Shown here: piece after piece, positions 14,093 to 25,189 of the stretch
Numbering within the stretch: position 1 is the first letter of the stretch
Layout: each line of letters begins with the position of its first letter
From: Cystobasidiomycetes sp. EMM_F5
Lineage: Eukaryota
NCBI GenBank assembly: GCA_051047955.1
Contig: JBPGPT010000015.1
Location: 248,001 to 312,000 of the forward strand
Direction: 5' to 3'
Length of the DNA: 64,000 nucleotides
Translations under genes and position numbers: made by a program
The notes under the pieces: generated by a model
The model's database searches: none
What the model saw: only the letters and a program-made list of their open reading frames with translations
What the model was told of the DNA's origin: nothing

Positions 14093-16313
14093 ATGAGCTC
14101 TACCGCTTCTTCCAAAAGTATGCTGCGGTCCTTTGCGTGCTCCCGACGACGTGCGCTCACCTCGCTTCCGTCGTTGTCCTCACTATCCGCCTCGGCGACC
14201 GGTCTCCCGTCTACTTCAACTCTGGTGTCGTCGTGTTCCCGTTGGCGGACCTTTACATCTTCCTCCTCGTCCGCTTCAGCAGCAGCCATGCCAAACGGCC
14301 GCCTGAGCGATGCGAAAGCAGACGCAGTCGATAACCTCTGGAAGGGAACGGCGACTAATGGAGGACCGACAAAGCTCTACATCAACGGAGAGTGGGTCAG
14401 CAGTCAGACGCAAAAATGGATAGACGTGTGCGATCCGGTGAGAAGCGCTCGAGCTGGCTTCGTGCATCTACCGCAAACTTACATGATTTGAGTAAATAGT
14501 CAACCCAACGCCTTCTCACAAAAGTACCCGAATCAACGCAACAGGAAATGACAAGAGCTGTAGACGCTGCCGAAGCAGCCTTCTATGGCGGGTGGAGAGA
14601 CAGCAGTATCCTCAGCAGGCAGAGAATAATGATGAAGTGGGTTGGCTGATAGGCAGACGATAAGCCTTGCTGACGTCGAAGTATCTACAGCCTGCAACAG
14701 CTCATTCGGACACATATGGATGACATTGCAAACAGTATCGTGTGCGTGCTCTGCACCCATCGTACCCCCAATTTTGCCTAAATGCTATGGTCCTAACAGC
14801 TTGGAGCAAGGCAAAACACACCCAGATGCCAAGGGCGACGTGCTCCGTTAGTTTATATGCAAGTGCAAGCAATAGTAAGTCGCTGATGATATTCTACACA
14901 GGCGGTCTGCAAGTCGTCGAGAGCGCATGCGGTATTCCAGCAATGTTGATGGGCGATAAGCTCGAAGTATCAAAGGATATGGATACATATACACGTCTAT
15001 TACCTTTAGGCGTTGGTGCTGCCATCTGCCCGTTCAACTTGTAAGTGTAAGATGTCCTTTTCCACATACAATATGTAATGAGCTGCTGCAGCCCTGCTAT
15101 GATTCCGCTGTGGACAATCCCGATGGCCATCGCAACGGGCAACACTCTGATTCTCAAGCCAAGCGAGCGTGATCCGGGCGCTGCATCCATCATTGCGGAA
15201 TTGTGCGAGCGGGCAGGCTTGCCAAAGGGGGTCATCAACATCATCCAGGGTGGTGTAGATGCAGTCAACTTCATCTGCGATGAGCCAAGAATCAAGGCTG
15301 TTTCGTTTGTGGGAAGCGACAAGGCTGGAAAACACATCTATGATCGAGCAGGTGCGAACGGCAAGCGGGTACAAGCGAACCTAGGAGCGAAGAGTGAGTG
15401 CACATAGTTGTTTCGACTTACGCGGGACTGACAGTGTGACGATCGATCAGACCACGCCATCATCATGCCGGATGCGAACCCGCAATTCGCGCTCAACAGT
15501 ATCGTTGGTGCTGCCTTTGGTGCCGCCGGTCAGAGATGTATGGCTCTCTCCGTGCTGGTAGCTGTTGGCGAGACCGATCAGTGGTTGAGCAGTATTGCCG
15601 AGCGGGCACAGCGTCTCAAGATTGGCAATGGCTTCGCTGAGGGTATCGATGTGTACGCATTGAATGCCTTTACGCTTTTCTTCTCTGTATGCTGATCATA
15701 CTGTGTACAATAGCGGCCCGGTCATTTCTCCAGCCGCAAAGGAGCGTATCGAAGGTCTTATCGAATCATGCAAGACGCAGGGTGGAAAGATTTTGCTGGA
15801 TGGGCGAAACCCGAAGGTCGAGGGTTATCCGGATGGCAACTGGGTAGGCCCGACCATTCTGGAAGCCACGACGGACATGGACTGCTACAAGTGCGTAGTG
15901 GTCGGATGGAGCTTCTGAACGATCGCATAGACTAATGGATGGTGTGCAGGCAAGAAATCTTTGGCCCAGTACTGACTGTCGTCAAGGCGAAGACACTTGA
16001 TGATGCTATTGCACTCATCAATAAGAATAGGTACGGTAACGGTGCATCCATCTTCACGCAATCTGGTGCTACAGCTCGCAAGTTTGAGAGGACTATCGAG
16101 GCGGGCCAAGTTGGCATCAACGTTCCGATTCCTGTACCATTGCCAATGTTCAGCTGGGCAGGCAACAAGGGCTCTGTTCTAGGCGGAGCAAGTCTGTACG
16201 GACCGCGAGGAGTGGATTTCTGGACGCAACTTCAGGTCACGACGTCAATGTGGCGTGCGGAGGATGCCACGAGTGAACGAGCTACAGTTGCCATGCCTAG
16301 ACTCGGCTCGTAG
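14093..16313 (+). CDS. Methylmalonate-semialdehyde dehydrogenase (CoA-acylating, ALDH6A1/mmsA family), with mitochondrial presequence
   Basis: Ser/Arg-rich N-terminus. Motifs ICPFNFPAMIPLW, ILKPSERDPGA, VQANLGAKNH-like segment, FGAAGQRCMA (catalytic Cys), EIFGPV and GQVGINVPIPVP. Confidence 0.95.
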
Positions 16314-16558
16314 TATCTTTCATTCGTCATACGCCTATATTCGCAGCGATATACGTTGTACGAGATCAGAGCAAAAGCAAGAGTGCAACATGCATGGACT
16401 CCGCACTGACCGCTTTGGATATCGGGCGCGTCAAACGCCAATGAATTTTGGGCGTGCCTGAAACTCGAGCATTGGAATTACCCTTTGAACTCACCACCAC
16501 TGACTCACATTAGAAAGGCCGTAAGCATGCTTGTAAACGGCTGATCTCACAGTTAGAC

Positions 16559-18969
16559 ATGGCAGTGACACGGTCCAAGACTGCCGCGGCGCCGCCCAGG
16601 GTGCCAACTCCGCCTCAAGAGCCAGTTCAAGCAACGCAGATAGCCAGAGGCGAGTTTAGCTCAAACGAAACGGGGAGGCAAAGTGACTGAAGACTTGTGC
16701 ACACAGTGAAAAAACGAGCCAAGAGCAAGATTGTGACAAATGACGTTGAAATTGAGCAGAACTCTGCATTTCTCAACCTCCCTTTGGATATCTTTGTAGC
16801 TGTAGGGCTACATCTCTCATGTGATACTTGAAAGCTGGCCTTTTGACGGAGTTGTTTGTAACGTGGTATCGCAGATTCTCAGCAAACTACGCGTTGTGGA
16901 TTTATACCATCTTTCGTCGACGTGCCGCAGGTATTGTAGACCGCACGTAGCTTACACGATGCTGACTCCTCTGGGCAGGCTTTGTCATTATCTGTCATCT
17001 CATCAAGCCGATAAGATTTGGGCGCACCTTTACCGTCAGGGGGGCATAACGCTTGTATCGTCAGAGCACACTGCGTGGATGACCCTGACGCACTTAGCTT
17101 TCTCCAAAATATGCAACGTGCGTAACCTTTTTGGACCCCACTAGCTCGCGTTGTTGTTGATGAAACCAGCTCGTTGCAACAGGCATGCCATCTGCAAATT
17201 AAGGATCGTGCTAAGCTCTTCCCGCGCATCATCGATGATGACGTAGCACTTGTGTGCACCAAATGCTGTCCCAGAGCATCGCTATGCTCCTTCTCCGAGT
17301 TCATGACGCCTTTAACAGATGTGGAGCTTCCGTCATTGTTTCATGCGGCAGTACCTGTAGCTTTGCCGGGGAGTAAGCGACTGCTTTGGACCCTGGCGAA
17401 TGATCAAGCGCTGAAGTGAACATGTAGAATGCCATATGACACGCAAGGCTTACCAAATTGACGTATGTCAAAACTTCCTTGAGGCCTTCCTCGACTATGA
17501 GGCAAGAGCAGGCTTCGATGCTGCCCAGTGCAGACTTTGGCTGGACCAGAAGGCAACGGAACAAAAGCAGAGAGAAGCCATGATTACCGATTACTGGACA
17601 TTGTACCGGAGGCAAGGGTGCAGCATGGACTCCGACTCCGCCGTCATCGAGCGGGTCACGGATCAACGGTCGAGTGAGGAAAGGAACGCCATGCGTCAAC
17701 TCGAGCATAAAAATCTCGACGAGTAAGGGTAGAAGCAGTAGCAGAAATACTCTGCCTAACAGCCTGCAATTATTTTTCAGATCTCTGAGGCGAGCGACAG
17801 CAGAGCTCAGGCTGCCGCTCATCGAAAGCGACATTTTGGACGTGCCTGCCTTCAAAAGCTTCTTTGTACGTCCCGGTCCATTGTGTGCATGCACGGCTTG
17901 TTCCTGAATCCATACGCAGAACAAATTGTACAATCCTCTCACAGATCTCGATTGGCAACAAAAACCCGCTTCGTCGCTACAAGACGTTCGAAATGTCTGT
18001 CAGGTCAGGCAGAAGGCCTTGGATATGATCATGTTCCAAAACGAACCCGCAGAGGGTTGGGTGCAGATGCGCAGGGCAACTTGGCTGAAATCTGTACTCG
18101 ATGATATCGCATCGACTGCCGACAAGGATTTCATGCCAAACCTGGCGGAACTCATGCAACTTGAATCTTTTCGTGATATTGTTAACGACCAAGGCATACT
18201 CCCAGACAAGTTTCGCGAAACCAACATGGAAAAGCTGAAGAATCAGGTGACGGAAATGTCAGTCCGCACGCGAGACATATGCATGAGTCTCTGCAATAGC
18301 CAGAAGTCAACACGCCGCAGCGAGAGTCTTCAAGCAGATTCAATATTTGCGATATACAATTGCACACGTAAGAGGTCGACAGCGATCAAGACTTGTTGTC
18401 GGATGTTTCGCTTTCTTAAAGACGCGCTGCAACACGACTGTCTCGGTAACCAGTCTGTTGTGGATCTGACAAAGGGTCTTGCACATACCACAAGCTATGT
18501 GATGGAACGTCTCAGCACGTTCGGCGATGGAGAAGGTCAGCAGACAGTGACAAGGGATTTTTCCATGCTACAGTACGATCGTAGTGCGGTAGACGATGCG
18601 AAGTTTCTGGTCGACCTCATCACAAGTGCTGGTCATCCGGCTCCCGAAGCCCAAGTGGATGTAAGGCCATACAGATTCAATTGCGGTGGAAAGTACACTA
18701 CATGGTCCCAGAGGAAGATGACCTTCATTGAGGCTGTAGGTTTGTGTTTTCACTTGCTTCGAAGGGGCGCCTAAACTTGTGAATTGTGTCAGGTTAACCA
18801 TCTACAAACACGTCGACATTCCTGGTGCGCTGATAAGAAGGCGAAAGACTCGGACGATGTACGTCGTGGTCACTCCAGACTGGTGTTGTGCGAGCCAGCA
18901 ACTACAGTGTCAAAGACAGCATCAGGTTCATTATTCTCAAGTGACAACGACTTCGACGACTTCTTTTAA
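16559..18969 (+). CDS. F-box protein with Cys/His (Zn-like) modules, tandem paralogue 1
   Basis: Spliced reading: MAVTRSKTA...VKKRAKSK...NSAFLNLPLDIFVA|ILSKLRVVDLYHLSSTCRRLCHYL...IW (F-box), then C-x2-C...CxxCC, KLYNPLTDLDW, YRFNC...MTFIEA and an acidic tail. The frame stays open across all exons I traced. Confidence 0.8.
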
Positions 18970-19470
18970 GGAATAGAAAAATCTGCACAATCACATGCGT
19001 CAGTGCATTGGAATCGACACAAATGCACATCATCAGCGTGGTCTATGCTGTATGATGACCAAAAACAGAGTGAAATGGAATCGCGGCCATGGTTCTCCAC
19101 CAGCGCCAACGCTCCTGAAGAGGCCTTCAGCTTACAGAACTAATTTTCTGGTTCATTCCCATTGCCATCCCAACCCAAAACCATCCAGGTCGTGTCGGGC
19201 GGTTGAGACGACCCGTCAGTACCCCTTTTCTTCATGATCCACCAATCTTTCCATGTGTTCGTGTGTGACAGTCTGCGACCATAGGAATGATGAATGCAAG
19301 TGTAACAATAGAATGCTGTTTAGCCTTGAAGCCATGCCTTGCTTTCAGAAGGTCGCCAGGTGTGTTGCAGCTGTTCGTCACGTGGAGAGCCGTGCGCTAT
19401 TGTTCCCCGACTGCCGAATGTTTTGAACGTCTTGACCAGCATTGACAAGGCCCTGCTTCATTCTGCGACC

Positions 19471-21982
19471 ATGAATGTAACATGCAGCAAGATGGTCAGC
19501 GTTGGTCCGCTGGCTGGGCTTCCGCAAGGACCTGTCGCACAACCACAATTGGGTATGTAGTCGGCTCAGATGTCCAAAGCGCACAACCTGAAGCGACCAT
19601 CATGAGCAGAGTCGCAATACCGCAAGCAACATGATTCGGCCATCTTCAAACTCGCAGACCACAATGCGCCTTTCCTGAATCTCCCTCTAGACGTCCTTGT
19701 ACAGGTGCGAAGGACATACCAGATACTTCAACAGCACTGACTGACTCGGCAATGGCAAGATCTTGTCTGTAGCACATCCTCTTGACATCTACAAGTTGTC
19801 CCGCACATGCCGCAGGTGTGCGAAATTGGATCGTACATTCGATGAACATGCCTTGACGCTCAGATTGTGTACATCCTGCGCTCAGCCTAAACTTTTTCTT
19901 CGATTCTCCTCGCGCAGCTGCTATCTGGGAACGAGCTTGGAAAGGCTTGGTGAATTCTGCTCGCGTTGTTCACATAAGTCGTCTCACGGCCATCCGCAAC
20001 TGGCCTACTTCCCAACAATGTGTTCCCTGGCCGGACCTATCTAGGATTTTCTTTGATGGAACATGCTTTGTACGTTATCCCTAGCACAGAAAACTTTCTG
20101 CTACTGATGTCAAATGTAGGTGTGTCGCGGTAAGGTAGAGGCGTGGTATCCATTCAGACTTTGTGGTGCTCGTCTGGCGCTGCTATGCTCAAGATGCTGC
20201 CCAGCGGAATCCTTGATGTCGAGATTGGACATCGAAAAGCGATATGCCGGAGTGGACCTGCCTATAAGATTCTTCGACGCCCTGCCAACAGCCACTATTG
20301 TCAGTACGTACTTTGTCTTGCTTGCTCTCTGGATATCAGAAGAGAATGACTGATGTCACGAAACGGTAGTCGGTCAGATGGGGAGTCGCTCTTTCCAACC
20401 AGATGTCTGCGATGCTTTCCTGCAGGAATACATGGCTCAAGGGACTGTATCCGAAGGGGAAGACGCGGCACGTTTCGAATGGCTAACATCGAGATCAACG
20501 GAGCATCACCAACGCGCGCAATTTGCAGCGTCCGCGCTTACGCCGCTTCGGTCTCATTCTCCTGGCTTCAAGTGGAATAATCTGAGGTGCCACAGCAACT
20601 ACTGCCCGCCTGATAAGTTTGCAATGCTTGACTTGGAAGACAAAAATCTGGCAGAGTAGGTAGAAGATTGCTAATATCGGACAAATCTGAGCATGTGATT
20701 GCCATGACCAGGTTTATGCGCCGGGCTGCAGACGAGCTTGGCGTGCCGTTGATAATTAGTGACGTCCTGGACGCCAAGTCTGTCAACACATCTGTCGTGA
20801 GTGTGCTGTGCACGCGTCTGAGCAATTCCAGCTGAGGAGTCGATCAGCGCAAGCTATACATGCCATTTACGGAGGCAGACTGGCAACGCAAACCAGAAAA
20901 TTGTCTAAAAGAGGTGACCGACGTCTATAACATTCGTAAGCATTTGGATGGACTCGCAAGTTTCGGCACCGATAATGCTGGTAAAGACCGCAAAGCGCGA
21001 GCATCCTCGCTGTGGTCACGTCTCCACGCCACCGGATACAGCTTGCAAGTGATGGCACTGGGCGTTCAGCCGAATTTAGCAGGGTTTATTGGTCTCAAGG
21101 CGGCCAGCGACATCGTCGATAATCCAGAAGTGGTCATCGCAGAGATCCAGTATGCAGACCTCAAGGGGCTATTCACTGCCGTGTCTGAATTCTCCGAGGA
21201 ACTCAAACGCGCATGTATAGCAAAAATCAATTCCTCACCACCTGATGAGAAGGTGACATTCGACTCCATCTTCGCCCTGTTCAGGTGTCAAGGTAACCAA
21301 TTGCTCCCTGAATATGCACCGTGCCGTGTCAAGACGCAATGCGCGAACGAAATTCTCCAGCACTCTTGCTTGACAACGAACCGTATCGACTTGCGGCTGA
21401 AGCAAATGCCAAATACTTTGAAGTACGCAAAACAACATGGCCTTATTCCCAAAAATGGCACCGTCGGCGGCAGCGATATGATCCGGCGTGACTTGTCTCA
21501 CTTTACCCCAGATCTGCAAGCCATGGACAATGCAAAGATTCTGCGCCAGTTGATCGAGGATGAGGGTCTAGGGTGTCTATGGAGTTGGTACGACACTGAA
21601 GATTTCGAATTCAGCTGTGATCGTTTTGGATGCGGCTTGATGTCTTTCGAAGCGGCCGTAAGCCTCCCTATTTCATCCGGCCGCGTAAAAGCACTGATTG
21701 AATTCTCAGCTCGAGCATATGCGGAAGTACCCGATCGTCAAACGGACAGAAGAGGATGTACTCAAACAACGTTTCTCGAGCGACGTTGATCACGGGGAAC
21801 TGACGGCACAAGCTCGCCCCGAACCCGACTCGGAAGAAGAGCGTGAAGCGGAAGAAGACGACGAAATTGCTCGCATGGCGGAGCTCGACTTCGAGGATTA
21901 TGAGGACATGATGATGACGTATCAAGACGAGCACGAGACTTATGGGATGGAATGGCCGCCTTCATGGGGCGGATGGGGTTGA
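19471..21982 (+). CDS. F-box protein, tandem paralogue 2
   Basis: MNVTCSK...NAPFLNLPLDVLVQ|ILSVAHPLDIYKLSRTCRS...IWERAW. Same intron positions and motifs as paralogue 1, with an acidic tail ending at TGA 21982. Confidence 0.8.
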
Positions 21983-22304
21983 TCTTTGACATTCTTCAGA
22001 GGCCAATTCCTATAATGGACCATTCTTCCAAGCCTCAAGAGCTGCCTGACCAGGCTGAAGCGGTGTTGGGAAATTACTGGCTTGCCTGCCAGGCGCCTTT
22101 ATTAGATAGAGCTTGCGAACAGGCTAGACGGCGTTGTGGCTTACGTAGATGTTATGTAACGGAGGCCTGGTTTGGCAATGCGTGCTTGATTTTGCACAAT
22201 CGAAAAGCTCTCCGCTTTGATTGCCTAGGTCGCGTTCCAGGCCCAGCCCTGTTTGATGCTCTGCAACCCGATACCCACTGCTTGAATCTGACACGGTCGC
22301 ACTC

Positions 22305-24769
22305 ATGGTTCTGACGCGCAGCAAGACTGCCAGTACTCGTCAGCCATAACTTGCAACGGCGCGCTCACACGCGCCCCGGCGTCATGGTGGGTGCACTGGC
22401 TGCTGCTCAAGCACTTGAGTGACTTCGGGAATTGGCAGGGGCCAAACGACAGAGGACGCACGATGCGTCAAGTCTTCCCGTTGCAGTCGTATCCCAAAAC
22501 TCGCTCCTCTTGAATTTGCCTCTGGATATTCACGTTCAGGTGGGGAGGCAAAGTCACGTCACTCAGGCCTTGCTAATACTCCAAGGGCAGATCCTGTCAC
22601 AAGCGCACCCGGCAGATATCTATTCAATGTCAAAAGTATGCCGAAGGTAGACCAAGCCTGCCTGCCCAGTTAACCTATGGTACTGATCGCATTGCATACC
22701 CTAAGCCTTCTGTTGTTTTTGGATTCATCGCACGCACATGTCGTCTGGCAGAAGGCATGGTACACGTTCTACAATTCCCAGGCCGCTTGGAGAATTAACG
22801 ACCTTCTGGCTTTCGAGGATTGGGCATATGGATACACCTCGGCGCCTTGGCTGGATTTTACAAGAGTTCTCCTCGACAAGACCTGCTTTGTAAGGCAGCC
22901 CACTCCGTCAAACGATTACCATCTGACCCGGCGAGCAGAATTGTCACAAGCAACTTGGAAGGTTGCCACCTTTGCGATTATCAAGACAACGTCGTTATGC
23001 CAATCTGTGTTTTAACTGCTGTCCTGCAACCTCTGTGGTTACGATGCGTGAGATCAAAAAACGTTACGCAAGATTGGATCTGCCCAATGGATTCTTTGAC
23101 GCATTGCCGTCCCCGTCCGCCTGCAGTAGATGACTTGCTCTGTGGCCAGGCACGCAAACATTAGCTAATCCTTGGACTTCCAGAAGGCTTCGAGGTCTTC
23201 GTTGGCGGTGGAAAACGTTATCAGCTGGATATATGCGATGATTTTCTGCAAGAGTACATCGCAATTGATGCGGGCAACGATGCTGCTACTCATGAATGTT
23301 TAAGGAAGAGACAAGCCGAGCAATTCCACCGCGGTTTTATCGTGATGGACACGCTTGAGGTCCTCCGCAATGCCTCCGAAGACTATGGCGGGTTTGCGGC
23401 AATGAGGCCTCGAGAGAAAGTGATGGCATCGGATTGGAGCAGATGCTCACACTCGAGGAAGAAAATCTCTCCGAGTAAGCTGTGTGTCTGTCCTCGGTCG
23501 CTGCATTCAGAACTCACAACGCTCGTGATAGATTCAGGCGCCGATGCGCACTCGCGCTCAAAGTCTCGCTCGAGCCTAGCGATATTATGGATGCCAGAGG
23601 CGTGGAGGCTTTCGTAGTCAGTTTCAGCACAATGCTCGTAGTGCGAACATTCTGACGAAGGGTTTGTAGCGCAAACTATACAAGCCATTTTCCGATGCCG
23701 ATTGGGAACGCAAGCCAAAGGACTATCTCTCGTGTGTTATGGGGGTTTACGAGACTCGCAAGTTGTTGGAAGAGCAGGCTGCTTCACACTTGATGAAGAC
23801 GGCAGGGCTCGCAGGCTACGAGCACGTAACTTGTTCAGCCATATTTGCGAAAATACCGATTATGAGTTGCGGGCGGAGATTAATCTCAACATTGCAGAGT
23901 TCGTCGCCGTGAAACAAGTCAAAGATATCCTCGATGACAATGGCACAGCCATCTCCGATATCAAAAGCCAGGTGCTGTACGAGCTAAGCGATGCCCTGGT
24001 CGAGTTTTCCGAGGACATGGTAAATCGCTGCTTGGCACTTTACGACAGCACGACTCGGACCAGGGGTCGGAACTCGGCTAAATCGGAACTATCATTGAAC
24101 TCTGTTTTCGCTCTGTTCGTACTGGAGGCTGGGGAGTCATACTTGGGCCGCGGGCTTCATGGTCCTCGCTTTCTTCCGACTTTGCTGGAGCATCCGTCCT
24201 TGATAACCTACGGTCTCGAACGGCTTCTCTATTGTTTCCGACATACACGTATGTATGCTTATGTGAATGGTTTCTATCCTGGAGGCGACGAGGTTGAAGA
24301 CGGTGCAATGCTTCGGCGAGACTTGTCGCTGATACGGCCCTGCCCATCGGCAATTGACGATGCCAAAGTTCTGTGTCAACGGATCCAAGATGCAGGTTTT
24401 AGGTACCCTAAAACTCAGCATGAAGTCGAAGTGTATCGATTTCGGTGCGGCGATCACAGATGTCGTGCTATGAGCTTTATTGAGGCCGTAAGTAACTGTT
24501 TGATGTGACTTTGTGTAAGCTGTGAGCTGAGCGCAGCACAGCAGTTGACGCACATGCAAGAGTATCCCATCACCGAATGCGATGACAAAGACGAAAATGG
24601 ACTACGCTCGGGGAACACGCGTCATCACGGAGAACAAACAGTCATGCTTTACACCGATCTGTATGGGGACGATGATAACTCGGACTACAGTTCGTCTCTC
24701 GTTGGATCTGGCGATTATGGCTCTGACGCACACGAGACGTACGGCTCGGACTGGACGCCGTCATTTTAA
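22305..24769 (+). pseudogene. F-box paralogue 3, apparently disabled
   Basis: MVLTRSKTA start and F-box NSLLLNLPLDIHVQ|ILSQAHPADIYSMSKVC are present, but there is an in-frame TAA at 22347-22349 and two frame changes (about 23360-23450 and about 23775-23785) relative to motifs conserved in the other copies. Confidence 0.7.
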
Positions 24770-25189
24770 TCACATGGGCAATGAGCGCAAGCCGTACGAC
24801 TGAGTCATAAGCGCTCTCGTCATCAGTCGCAGCAAGCTCAGCAGGCTGGATTGGCCGTCGACGATGACATCCCGGACGGCAATATCGAGTGTGTCACCAA
24901 TATGCGTGCGTGTTCATTTGATGTGTCATGTCCTGTCGTGTTTCGAAGAACGTAGGTCTCTACGTAATATTCTGTTAGGAGTTTGCGCCTTGACCGTATC
25001 ACAAGCATGGTCACGTAGACTATAGCGACAGCGTTGTACTCACAATACAAGTACATGAGGACGGTTGCTTTTCTTTTCGTGACTTCTCGTCAAAAACAAA
25101 GGCCCCATCATTGTCACATCCTGCCTGACTCCGCTCCAACTGGCGGGAGGTCTGCAACCTCGAGCGGGCTTACTGCAGCAGTAGCCACG

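Noticed and set aside
16311..16409. Readthrough extension with a targeting signal after the MMSDH stop (also checked for RAD51)
   Set aside because: The stop context is not readthrough-like and the extension does not end in a PTS1.
19052..19118. ATGATGA...CTGA spacing resembling a C/D box snoRNA
   Set aside because: No terminal stem and no rRNA-complementary guide that I could recognise; such short boxes occur by chance.
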